A program made the position numbers and the translations under genes. The notes beneath the pieces were generated by a model. That model was given only the letters and a program-made list of their open reading frames with translations. It had not been told where the DNA came from and did not search any database. Below are positions 30,668 through 38,498 of a DNA stretch of 64,000 bases, piece after piece; position 1 is the first letter of the stretch, and each line of letters starts with the position of its first letter. Location: the NCBI GenBank assembly GCA_947625815.1, contig CANQPU010000011.1, forward strand, positions 805 to 64,804, in the 5' to 3' direction. This stretch comes from an uncultured Oscillospiraceae bacterium. Lineage in GTDB: Bacteria > Bacillota > Clostridia > Oscillospirales > Oscillospiraceae.

Positions 30668-31501
30668 ATGGATCGAAGAATGAAAAAACGGATTCTGATC
30701 GGAACGCTCATCGCGGTCCTGCTGCTGGTACTGGCGGGGTGCGGGGAAAAGGACGTACATGGGGCCCCCGAGGACGGCGAGACGGATCCCACCGCGTCGG
30801 GCGACAGGGAGGACCCCGGCAAGGAGGACGCCGGCCAGGAGGAGGCCGGAACCTATAAGCTCCCGGCGGGCGCGGCATCCGAGTACGAGCTTTATAAGAC
30901 CGTCTTGGCCTATCTGAACAACGGGTTCCGTTCGGAGGACCTCAAGACTGTTTGCGACCCGGTGCTGACGACGGTTTTTTACTCGAAATGGGAGGAGGAC
31001 GAGGAGGAGATCTTTACTCTCGGCATGAAATACGACGAGGCGTGCGACCTTATCGCCAGGCTCAGGGGCAAAGCGTCGCAGATGGACGCGCCTTATGATG
31101 AGTACGGGGAGCTGGAGGAGGACCTGATCGACTTTGACGCCTTTGTAGAGGAATTCCCGGAAGGGATGCGCGGGCAGATCGAGAGGAACCGGAGAGACTT
31201 TGAGAATTTCATCGTTGACATTTTCAATATGGTTTTCGACTTTTTCCATGACGGGGAAAACCCCTTCTACACCGACCAGACCTCGTGGGAGGTCAAGCCG
31301 GAGGGGGAATACGAGGTGAAGGAATACCACTCCAACGACTGGTGCGACGATCTCTATGAAAATTTCCCAAAGGTCTACGAGCTGGCGCTTGGGACCTACA
31401 TAAGCTACGAGGCCACTGAGGAATGGTTTTACTATACCGTCATTGACGGCCAGTACTATTTCCTCAGCTTTGCCCGCGCCGTATCCGGTATCGGAGGCTG
31501 A
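30668..31501 (+). CDS. putative lipoprotein
   Basis: Lipobox LLVLAGC at the N-terminus, followed by an acidic soluble domain. No family recognised. The alternative start is 30680. Confidence 0.65.
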   Translation: MDRRMKKRILIGTLIAVLLLVLAGCGEKDVHGAPEDGETDPTASGDREDPGKEDAGQEEAGTYKLPAGAASEYELYKTVLAYLNNGFRSEDLKTVCDPVLTTVFYSKWEEDEEEIFTLGMKYDEACDLIARLRGKASQMDAPYDEYGELEEDLIDFDAFVEEFPEGMRGQIERNRRDFENFIVDIFNMVFDFFHDGENPFYTDQTSWEVKPEGEYEVKEYHSNDWCDDLYENFPKVYELALGTYISYEATEEWFYYTVIDGQYYFLSFARAVSGIGG

Positions 31502-31543
31502 GCGGCTCCGCCAGGTCCTGAATATCAACAAACGACACAGACG

Positions 31544-31578
31544 ACCACCCGCGTCTGAACGCGGGTGGTCATCTTTTG
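31544..31578 (+). terminator. terminator after the lipoprotein gene
   Basis: 11-bp stem gaccacccgcg/cgcgggtggtc with loop tctgaa, followed by ATCTTTT. Confidence 0.75.
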
Positions 31579-31769
31579 CGTCACATGAACCCCCGGCTAT
31601 GCCGGGGGGCAAAATAGGCTTTAGCTAAAAGTATCGAGCGAAGCGAGCCGCTATAATAGCAGGTTACGAATACAGACACGTCACAAACAAGTGGATAAGC
31701 CCGTTTACGGGTCGTAGGGCAAGTGATGCAAGCGACAGAAATTCAGTGCGTCTTGAGACGCTTGCCGGT

Positions 31770-31819
31770 AAAAGGCCCTTTTAGGGCCAAATCAAGCCTC
31801 CGGCTTAGCCGGAGGTTTT
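31770..31819. terminator. pair of oppositely oriented terminator hairpins
   Basis: ggccc-tttta-gggcc has a T-run on the minus strand and serves the SLH gene. cctccgg-cttag-ccggagg plus TTTT on the plus strand has no annotated plus-strand gene immediately upstream. Confidence 0.65.
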
Positions 31820-31844
31820 GACTGCCCGGATTTACGCCCTATCC

Positions 31845-32777
31845 TCACCAGGAGAGGAGGGAGGAGGTCTCCCGGGAGTCGAGGACCTCCTTGGCGGCCA
31901 GGAGCATCATGGCCGCGTCGGCGCGGGTCAGGGTGGACGGGGAGGAGACGGCGCCGGCGGGGAGAATGTCCAGCGAGGAGAGGTTGGCCGCGGCCTGGGC
32001 CGCCCAGACGGGGACGGCGGCGTCCTCCTCCACGGATACGTCCGTGATGCCCATGGCGTTATTGAGCATCACGCCGGCCTGGGCGAAGGTGATGGGGTCT
32101 CCGGCGGAAAAGACGATGTGGCTGCCGGAGGGACTGCCGGAAACGATGTCGCTCATGACGGCGGCGGAGACGTAGGGCTTCTGCCAGTCGGGGATGTCGC
32201 CGTCGTCATAGAAACCGGTGCGGGTGACGCCCTCCAGGACGGGGGCGCCGGTGAGCTTCATGCACATGACCAGGAATTCCCCACGTGTGACGGGGGCGTC
32301 AGGCCGGAAGAGATCCTGACCGCCCAGCTTTTCCCCAACAAAGATGCCGCTCTCAGCCAGGACGGTGGCGGCGTAGCGGGCGGGGGAGCCGTCCAGATCG
32401 GCGTAGGAGACGGCGGTCTGCTGTTTTTTGATACTGACGGTGACGGTGGCGGCGTTGGAGACGTTCCCGGCAGTGTCCGTAGCCACGTAGGTGAAGGTGT
32501 CGCGGCCCTTTTTGCCCTCCGCGGGGGTGTAGGTAAAGCTGTCGCCGTCCACGTCCACCGTTCCCTTCCGGGGATCCTTCACGACGGAATAGACGACGGC
32601 GTCCCCCTCCGGGTCGAGACACCGGAACGAGCCGGTGACGGGGATGGAGCGGTATGTCTCAAGCTCCATGTTCTCCGCGACGGGAGCTGAATTGAGCACA
32701 GCGGCGGACACCGCCGTCATGAGTGCCGCCGCGGCGATGAATGGGGTGATCGCTTTGATGACCGAAGATTTTTTCAT
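31845..32777 (-). CDS. SLH-domain surface protein with an Ig/cadherin-like domain
   Basis: I place the start at ATG 32777 (MKKSSVIKAITPFIAAAALMTAVSA signal peptide, RBS AGGAGGGA). One Ig-like module (DPEGDAVVYSVV...GRDTFTYVATDTAGN) is followed by three SLH-like units. Confidence 0.8.
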   Translation of the reverse strand: MKKSSVIKAITPFIAAAALMTAVSAAVLNSAPVAENMELETYRSIPVTGSFRCLDPEGDAVVYSVVKDPRKGTVDVDGDSFTYTPAEGKKGRDTFTYVATDTAGNVSNAATVTVSIKKQQTAVSYADLDGSPARYAATVLAESGIFVGEKLGGQDLFRPDAPVTRGEFLVMCMKLTGAPVLEGVTRTGFYDDGDIPDWQKPYVSAAVMSDIVSGSPSGSHIVFSAGDPITFAQAGVMLNNAMGITDVSVEEDAAVPVWAAQAAANLSSLDILPAGAVSSPSTLTRADAAMMLLAAKEVLDSRETSSLLSW

Positions 32778-32881
32778 AAGGTTCCCTCCTCTGGATGATA
32801 TAGGTAGTGTGACCGGTACAGGGGGAAAATATTCCACGGATCGGGGGAAGAAAGAAAAAATGAAAAAAACAAAATTTGTAG

Positions 32882-32911
32882 TTGACAAAGGGAGCGGTTC
32901 TTTAGTATAAT
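32882..32911 (+). promoter_or_regulatory. sigma-A-type promoter of the tRNA cluster
   Basis: TTGACA (32882-32887), 18-nt spacer, TATAAT (32906-32911). Confidence 0.75.
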
Positions 32912-32940
32912 AGCTCTTGCCGTTATGGCAAGGGAGTATC

Positions 32941-33017
32941 GGGAGTATAGCTCAGCTGGTTAGAGCGCCTGCCTTACAAGCAGGAGGTCACAGGTTCGAG
33001 CCCTGTTACTCCCACCA
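32941..33017 (+). tRNA. tRNA-Val (anticodon TAC)
   Basis: Manual cloverleaf: acceptor gggagta/tactccc, anticodon loop cTTACAa, T-loop TTCGAGC, encoded CCA. Confidence 0.9.
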
Positions 33018-33024
33018 CACATGT

Positions 33025-33101
<77 letters not shown>

Positions 33102-33106
33102 TCTAT

Positions 33107-33182
<76 letters not shown>

Positions 33183-33185
33183 TTT

Positions 33186-33261
33186 GCGGCCTTAGCTCAT
33201 CTGGTAGAGCGCCACCTTGCCAAGGTGGAGGTAGCGAGTTCGAGCCTCGTAGGCCGCTCCA
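33186..33261 (+). tRNA. tRNA-Gly (anticodon GCC)
   Basis: Acceptor gcggcct/aggccgc, anticodon loop tTGCCAa, T-loop TTCGAGC, encoded CCA. Confidence 0.9.
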
Positions 33262-33431
33262 TGTCGTCGCGGATGCCGCGATGCCTCACGACCCCGCCGA
33301 GCATTATAGCCCGGCGGGATTGTTCAGTCGTCGGCTTCGCTCCCCCTCTCCACGCATGATCTTCGTTTTTCCGCGGCCCCTGATCTCATGCCAGTCACAT
33401 CCCGGCATTCCCCCGCATAGAATATAGTAAT

Positions 33432-33506
33432 GGCGACATAGCCAAGTGGTAAGGCAAGGGTCTGCAAAACCCTGATTCCCCAGTTCAAATCTGGGTGTCG
33501 CCTCCA
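33432..33506 (+). tRNA. tRNA-Cys (anticodon GCA)
   Basis: Acceptor ggcgaca/tgtcgcc, anticodon loop cTGCAAa, T-loop TTCAAAT, encoded CCA. Confidence 0.9.
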
Positions 33507-33512
33507 AGTGGT

Positions 33513-33560
33513 AAGCTACATTTCAGTCTTCCAAAGAGGCTGGAATGTAGCTTATTTCTT
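33513..33560 (+). terminator. terminator-like hairpin after tRNA-Cys
   Basis: 10-bp stem aagctacatt/aatgtagctt with a 21-nt loop, followed by ATTTCTTT. Confidence 0.5.
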
Positions 33561-33618
33561 TATCAAAGCCTCCGTGATATACTGCACTTACGGATGCAGA
33601 AAACACGGAGGTTTTGCT

Positions 33619-34530
33619 ATGCCCAAATATGTAGTAGAGATTCCCGGAAATGAATATCCTGGGCCGATATGGGAGCAACGGCTTCGTGTGGCGGCTTATT
33701 GTCGGGTCAGTACGGAGCATGAGGAACAGCAGAACAGTCTGGTGAATCAAATTGAGTTTTATACAGATTACATCCAGCAAAATCCCTATTGGCACTTTGT
33801 CGCTGTCTACTACGACACTGGTTCCGGTCTGCGGGTAAACAACCGGCCGGGGTATCAGCAATTGCTCAGGGACTGCATGAAAAGAAAAATTGACCTGATA
33901 ATCGTCAAATCTCTTAGTCGCTTTGGGCGGGACACTGTGGAGACGATTAAACAAATACGGAGGTTAAGACAAATGAATATTGGCGTTTATATCGAAACCG
34001 GCGGCATCAATACATTGACCGCCAGCAATCTCATCATCGAACAACTGGCCGCCATTGACCAGGCGGAGAGTTGGTCAAGGAGCAGGGACATCAAGTTTGG
34101 CATCCGGCAGCGGATGATGGAGGGGAAGACGCTTCTGAACCACACCCGTTTCCTTGGCTATACCAAAGGGCCAGATGGTGTCTTGCAAATCGTCCCAAAA
34201 GAAGCGGAAATCGTAAGAAAGATTTTTGACTTGTACATCCAAGGAAACGGTGTCCGGAAAATCAAAAAGTATCTGGAATCCCACGGCATCAAGACCGTCA
34301 CCGGTAAAACCGAGTGGAGCACTTCTACCATCGATCGGATGCTCAGCAACGAGAAGTATGCTGGAGACGTGTTGATGCAGAAGACGTACACGCCAGATTT
34401 TCTGACGGGCAAGAAAGAAAAGAATTGTGGGCAGGTGGAGAAGTACTTGGTGGAAAACGCTCATGAGCCGATCATCGACAGGATAATGTTTGATAGGGTG
34501 CAGGAGATGAAGGGGCATATCAAAAAATAA
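33619..34530 (+). CDS. large serine recombinase, C-terminally truncated (possible pseudogene)
   Basis: ATG 33619 with RBS ACGGAGG. Resolvase catalytic motif AAYCRVSTEHEEQ and a recombinase domain (RFLGY, STIDRMLSNEKYAGD). It ends at 303 aa, just after HEPIIDRIMFDRVQ, without the zinc-ribbon/coiled-coil region. Confidence 0.75.
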   Translation: MPKYVVEIPGNEYPGPIWEQRLRVAAYCRVSTEHEEQQNSLVNQIEFYTDYIQQNPYWHFVAVYYDTGSGLRVNNRPGYQQLLRDCMKRKIDLIIVKSLSRFGRDTVETIKQIRRLRQMNIGVYIETGGINTLTASNLIIEQLAAIDQAESWSRSRDIKFGIRQRMMEGKTLLNHTRFLGYTKGPDGVLQIVPKEAEIVRKIFDLYIQGNGVRKIKKYLESHGIKTVTGKTEWSTSTIDRMLSNEKYAGDVLMQKTYTPDFLTGKKEKNCGQVEKYLVENAHEPIIDRIMFDRVQEMKGHIKK

Positions 34531-34591
34531 GAACATCGTTCTTTATTTTTTTCACCGCCTGTGATACAATGAATTCGTGAGGTGATCATAG

Positions 34592-34795
34592 ATGTCAACG
34601 GCTGAGCAGAAAAGGCGAATCGCCGCCATAAAGACAGCGGATGCCATCAATGCCATTGAGGGCGCACCAATATCTGACTTCGCGAGAAAGCTCTCCAATA
34701 GCTGGGCCAGAGGGGAGCTGACAGACGAGCAGGTGCAGGACGCTCTCTGGCTCTACCATCAGCAGATTGCGGAGCGGGTGAACGGTCATGCCTGA
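34592..34795 (+). CDS. VbhA-like antitoxin (Fic inhibitor)
   Basis: 67 aa. The AINAIEGAP segment carries the inhibitory Glu-Gly. Its stop overlaps the Fic start by 8 nt. Confidence 0.7.
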   Translation: MSTAEQKRRIAAIKTADAINAIEGAPISDFARKLSNSWARGELTDEQVQDALWLYHQQIAERVNGHA

Positions 34796-35513
34796 CCCAT
34801 ATCTCTATGACGATGTGCCCGTCCTCAAAAACAAGCTGGGCATCAAGGATGACAAGGTCCTGGAGCTGATCGAGGCGGAGCAGTCCCGGCAGAACATGGC
34901 CATCCTTTACAAGCGGGGGTTTGATGATTTCTCTCCTGTAGGGCTGTGCGAGATTCACCGGTTTCTTTTCGGGAAGGTCTACGAGTGGGCCGGACAGTAC
35001 AGGATCATCAACATCGAGAAACGGGAAAAGCTCCTTGCCGGACGCAGCGTGTGGTACAGCAACGATGAGGACATACCGAGGGAGTTGACCGATGCCTTCC
35101 GGGACATAAACGCCCTTAATTGGCCCGTTATGAACCACGATGAGTTTGTGAAAGCTGTGACCGCAGAATTTCCCAAGCTGTGGCGGATACATCCTTTCAG
35201 GGAGGGAAACACGCGGACGGTCGTGATGATGCTCACGTTCTTTGTGGAGCATTACGGCTTTTTTATGGACCAAGAGCTTATGGCCTCCTGCGCCGGGTAT
35301 GTGAGGGACGCGTTTGTGATGGCTTCCCTTGACGAGTATTCGGAGTATGAGCATCTGGAAAAGATTTTGTCTGACGCTATATGCGAGGAGCCGATCGAAT
35401 ACTCCGTCGAATCCTTGGACACGCCGGCCTCTGACGGTGCCGCCAATGATAAATACGCGAAATACCAAAAAGAGAAATACGAATCGCAGCCCCATTATAA
35501 GCGCGAGAATTGA
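34788..35513 (+). CDS. Fic/DOC family protein (class I toxin-type)
   Basis: N-terminal YLYDDVPVLKNKLGI. Fic motif HPFREGNTRTVV. 241 aa. Confidence 0.85.
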   Translation: MPDPYLYDDVPVLKNKLGIKDDKVLELIEAEQSRQNMAILYKRGFDDFSPVGLCEIHRFLFGKVYEWAGQYRIINIEKREKLLAGRSVWYSNDEDIPRELTDAFRDINALNWPVMNHDEFVKAVTAEFPKLWRIHPFREGNTRTVVMMLTFFVEHYGFFMDQELMASCAGYVRDAFVMASLDEYSEYEHLEKILSDAICEEPIEYSVESLDTPASDGAANDKYAKYQKEKYESQPHYKREN

Positions 35514-35559
35514 ATTGATCTCGCTCCTCTAACGATTGTACACGATGAAAAGTCCAAAT

Positions 35560-35580
35560 TCCTTGCGCCGCAAGGCTTTT
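35560..35580 (+). terminator. terminator after the Fic gene
   Basis: Palindrome ccttgcg-c-cgcaagg followed by CTTTTT. Confidence 0.65.
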
Positions 35581-35610
35581 TGGAAATAGGATTTTTAACC
35601 ACTTATTCCA

Positions 35611-35851
35611 GGAAAGGAAAACCCCGTCCTTTAGGACGGGGTTTTCCTTTCCTGAAGTACGGACTTCGCTCTGCGAAGTCCGCCCCGCCGCAGAAGCGGC
35701 GGGGGTTCATTAAACGTGGAGGAAACCCCTGATGGGTTTCCTCCACAGCTCTTTCCTTTCCGAAAAATTTGACCAGAGGAAAACAGGCTTTTCGCCACGT
35801 TCCTTTGGAGAGATTTCAACGTGAAGGGGAACCCTGATGGTTCCCCTTCAC
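35611..35851. repeat. array of five strong hairpins, including two paralogous units
   Basis: Stems at 35611-35652 (18 bp), 35660-35682 (10 bp), 35683-35704 (9 bp), 35716-35746 (13 bp) and 35821-35851 (13 bp). The last two share the loop CTGAT and conserved flanks. Confidence 0.9.
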
Positions 35852-35961
35852 AGATCCCTTCCTTCCGAAATCTTCAACCGCTGAATATGGACCTCTTTGG
35901 TGGGAGAAACGGCGGGGAGGGGGGGACGGGGCGGAGTGGCGGATATGGAATGGGTTTTTGC

Positions 35962-35990
35962 TTGAAATAATCGTTGGCGCGTGATATGAT
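35962..35990 (+). promoter_or_regulatory. extended -10 promoter upstream of the EPS cluster
   Basis: TTGAAA (35962-35967), 17-nt spacer containing TG at 35982-35983, TATGAT (35985-35990). Confidence 0.65.
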
Positions 35991-36050
35991 ATACGGGAAT
36001 CGAAAAAATGAAGGTTTTTGCCCGATCGGCGGGCCGGAGGGGACAGGGAT

Positions 36051-38471
36051 ATGGCAAAAAAGAAAAAAAGGGATCTGCCGGGAAAAAAGAACAGGACCGC
36101 GGGGACCGGGTCCCGCGGCTTTTCCGGCGCCGGGGCCGCGCTGAGGAGCGCCTGGCCCTTTCTGGCCGGGATCCTGTTTTTCCTCGCCGTCTGCCTGTGC
36201 TACAATTATTTTGACGACAGGCTGAGGACGGTGGCGCTGGCCGCGACGATCGTCACCGTGGTGATCACGGCGGCGCGGGCCAGGACGCTTATGAAGCGGA
36301 TAAGCCTTCCGCTGTGCGCCGTCACGCTCTATATCGTGGTGGACGGCATATCCGCTCTCTATTCGGCCCACATCTCCAACGGGACCATGGCGCTCTATAC
36401 CTTCCTCGTCGGGCTGGACTCCTACTGCATCGCGCTGTCCTTTACGGCGCTGGCCCCCGGAGAGGGGGAGGAGCCGGGCAGGTGGCTGGGCACGGTGCTG
36501 GCCGGCGCGTCCGCCATCATCGGGCTTTTGAGCATCGACCTCATATCCACCCGATATCTGAGCGGCCCGGTGCTGAACGCGCTGAGCCGGTTCGTGCCGG
36601 ATTATGTGGGACTGAACGGCCTGGAGCCCGGGACCAGAATGACCTCCATCTTCGTGACAGCCAACATTTTTGCCGGGATCGAGGGCGTCGGGGTGCTGAT
36701 CTCCCTGGGGCTCCTGTCAGGCCGGGAGACGGGCTGGCGCCGGTACGTCACGCTCGTGATCCTGTATGTGAACGCCCTGGCGTTCCTGCTCTCCGTAAGC
36801 ATGGGCGCCACGGCCATGATCGTCCTGGCCTTTGTGGTGTATCTGATCCTGGAGGGGAAGCGCCGCCGGGGACAGGCCCTGGTGCTGATGCTGGAGACGT
36901 TCCTGTTCACGATGATCCCGGCGATGATCGTTTCACAGACGTCCCTTGACGTATGGACCGGCGTGGATCCGGTGCCCGATCTCTGCCTGGCGGCGGGAGC
37001 GGCGGGCCTGTGCCTGACGGACCGCTTCGTGGGGCGGAGGCTGGAGACCCGCTTTTCAAAGGGTTCGAAGCTGGTGCCGGCGGTCACATGCGGCGTTATC
37101 CTTTTCCTGGCGGCCTACGCTGCCGTGGGCGTCACCTGGACGGGGGGAGCCACGCTCTCCGCCGGCGAGAGACTTCACCGCGCCGCCTACCCCGAGCCGG
37201 GTGAGTATACGATGAAGGCGGAGTCCGAGGGAGAGCTGAACGTCGTCGTGGTCAGCCAGAACAGGCAAGAGGCCATGATGCACACGGAGTCCGTACTCTA
37301 CACCGGAGCGCTGGAGGGGGCAAGCTTCACCGTCCCGGAGGACAGCATGGTGGTCTACTTCGACCTGTACGCCCTGACAGACGCCCGGATCGGGTCGGTG
37401 GTCTGGCGCGGGAACGGGGAGGAGAGGGAGCTGCCGCTGAAATACAGGATCCTGCCCGGGTTCATAGCCAACCGTATACAGGGATTGCTGGCCAATGAGA
37501 ACGCCATCCAGCGCATGGTCTTTTTCGAGGACGGGATGAAGCTTTTCGCCATGAGGCCGCTGTTCGGCTGGGGACTCTCCGGCTTTGAGAACAACTTTGG
37601 CAGGACGCAGTCCTTTTATTACACCACCCGCTATGTACACAACCACTACATCGAGGTGCTGATCGACAAGGGCGTGGTGGGGCTTGCCGTATTTTTACTG
37701 CTCCTGCTGACCTCCGGCGCGGCGGTGATCCTGGAGCTCAGACGCGGGGAGGAGCGCAGCTTTATGGCGCCCGCTCTGGGGGCGGCGCTGGTGTTCATGG
37801 CCGGACACGCGGCGGTGGAGGTCATCTTCTCCGCCCACCAGTTCCTGCCCTTCGGCTACGGGACGTTTATGCTCATCGGGCTGGTCTGCGGGGACGCGCT
37901 GCGCTTTCCGAAGCGCGGCACAAAGGCGTCGGACAGGACGCGCTGGGGTCTGTTCGGCGCGCAGACGGCCGCGCTCCTGGTCTTCGCCGCCCTGGTGGGG
38001 CTGAACACCTATTCGGCGAGGCTGGTGAAACGCCAAAACGATCTGGAGGCCCATCTGGAGGCCATCGGGACCGATCCCTTTGAGCGGACAAACTATATCA
38101 TGGACATCATCCGGAGTGCCGCCAGCACACAGGAGGGGTCCTATGCCCGGAACATGGGGGACAGGTATGCCGCGAAGCTGGAGTCGAAGGACGATTACCG
38201 GGTGTCCATCTGTCTGGCGGAATACTATTTCCGGATCGGAAAAGCCGACAAGGGCCTTGAATTCGCGGCCCGCAGCGCTTCCCAGGCCGGCGCCGTGGAG
38301 GACGAATGGCGGAAGGTCTTTGAGCTGCTGGGGCAGTACTACGACGGGTCGGAGACGTTCCGGGAGGGCATCCTGCAAATCGCCGGGATGATGGATCAGT
38401 GGAATGAGGAGAATCTGGGTGAGCTGACCCTGGAGGAGAGTACGCAGAAGTTTATCGAGGGCTTGGGATAA
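36051..38471 (+). CDS. O-antigen ligase/polymerase family membrane protein with a long C-terminal soluble extension
   Basis: ATG 36051 with RBS GGAGGGG. Many TM segments. Wzy_C-like motif YVHNHYIEVLIDKGVVGLAVF. 806 aa. Confidence 0.75.
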   Translation: MAKKKKRDLPGKKNRTAGTGSRGFSGAGAALRSAWPFLAGILFFLAVCLCYNYFDDRLRTVALAATIVTVVITAARARTLMKRISLPLCAVTLYIVVDGISALYSAHISNGTMALYTFLVGLDSYCIALSFTALAPGEGEEPGRWLGTVLAGASAIIGLLSIDLISTRYLSGPVLNALSRFVPDYVGLNGLEPGTRMTSIFVTANIFAGIEGVGVLISLGLLSGRETGWRRYVTLVILYVNALAFLLSVSMGATAMIVLAFVVYLILEGKRRRGQALVLMLETFLFTMIPAMIVSQTSLDVWTGVDPVPDLCLAAGAAGLCLTDRFVGRRLETRFSKGSKLVPAVTCGVILFLAAYAAVGVTWTGGATLSAGERLHRAAYPEPGEYTMKAESEGELNVVVVSQNRQEAMMHTESVLYTGALEGASFTVPEDSMVVYFDLYALTDARIGSVVWRGNGEERELPLKYRILPGFIANRIQGLLANENAIQRMVFFEDGMKLFAMRPLFGWGLSGFENNFGRTQSFYYTTRYVHNHYIEVLIDKGVVGLAVFLLLLLTSGAAVILELRRGEERSFMAPALGAALVFMAGHAAVEVIFSAHQFLPFGYGTFMLIGLVCGDALRFPKRGTKASDRTRWGLFGAQTAALLVFAALVGLNTYSARLVKRQNDLEAHLEAIGTDPFERTNYIMDIIRSAASTQEGSYARNMGDRYAAKLESKDDYRVSICLAEYYFRIGKADKGLEFAARSASQAGAVEDEWRKVFELLGQYYDGSETFREGILQIAGMMDQWNEENLGELTLEESTQKFIEGLG

Positions 38472-38498
38472 GCCGGACGCCGGAAGGGCTGTGAGGAT

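Larger units (their letters stand above)
33507..35960. mobile_element. degenerate integrative islet 3' of tRNA-Cys (recombinase remnant plus Fic TA plus hairpin array)
   Basis: It starts immediately after a tRNA. It is visibly AT-richer than its flanks and carries a recombinase and a TA module. The right boundary is only approximate, placed before the EPS promoter. Confidence 0.5.

Noticed and set aside
31581-31660. GGGGGCAAAATAGGCTTTAGC... considered as a possible tmRNA 5' end.
   Set aside because: There is no tRNA-like acceptor/T-arm partner ending in CCA within ~400 nt, and no plausible tag reading frame ending in a hydrophobic ...LAA-type sequence. The GGGGGG run is simply the 3' arm of a local hairpin.
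33262-33431. The 170-nt gap between tRNA-Gly and tRNA-Cys, checked for a sixth tRNA.
   Set aside because: There is no GGTTCGA-type T-loop or acceptor pairing on either strand. Only small local hairpins are present.
35611-35880. The hairpin array considered as a CRISPR array or as integron attC sites.
   Set aside because: Only two units are alike and they are not identical. The spacing of about 105 nt with unrelated hairpins between them does not fit repeat-spacer architecture, and no cas genes are present. The RYYYAAC/GTTRRRY core sites of attC are absent, and there is no integron integrase.
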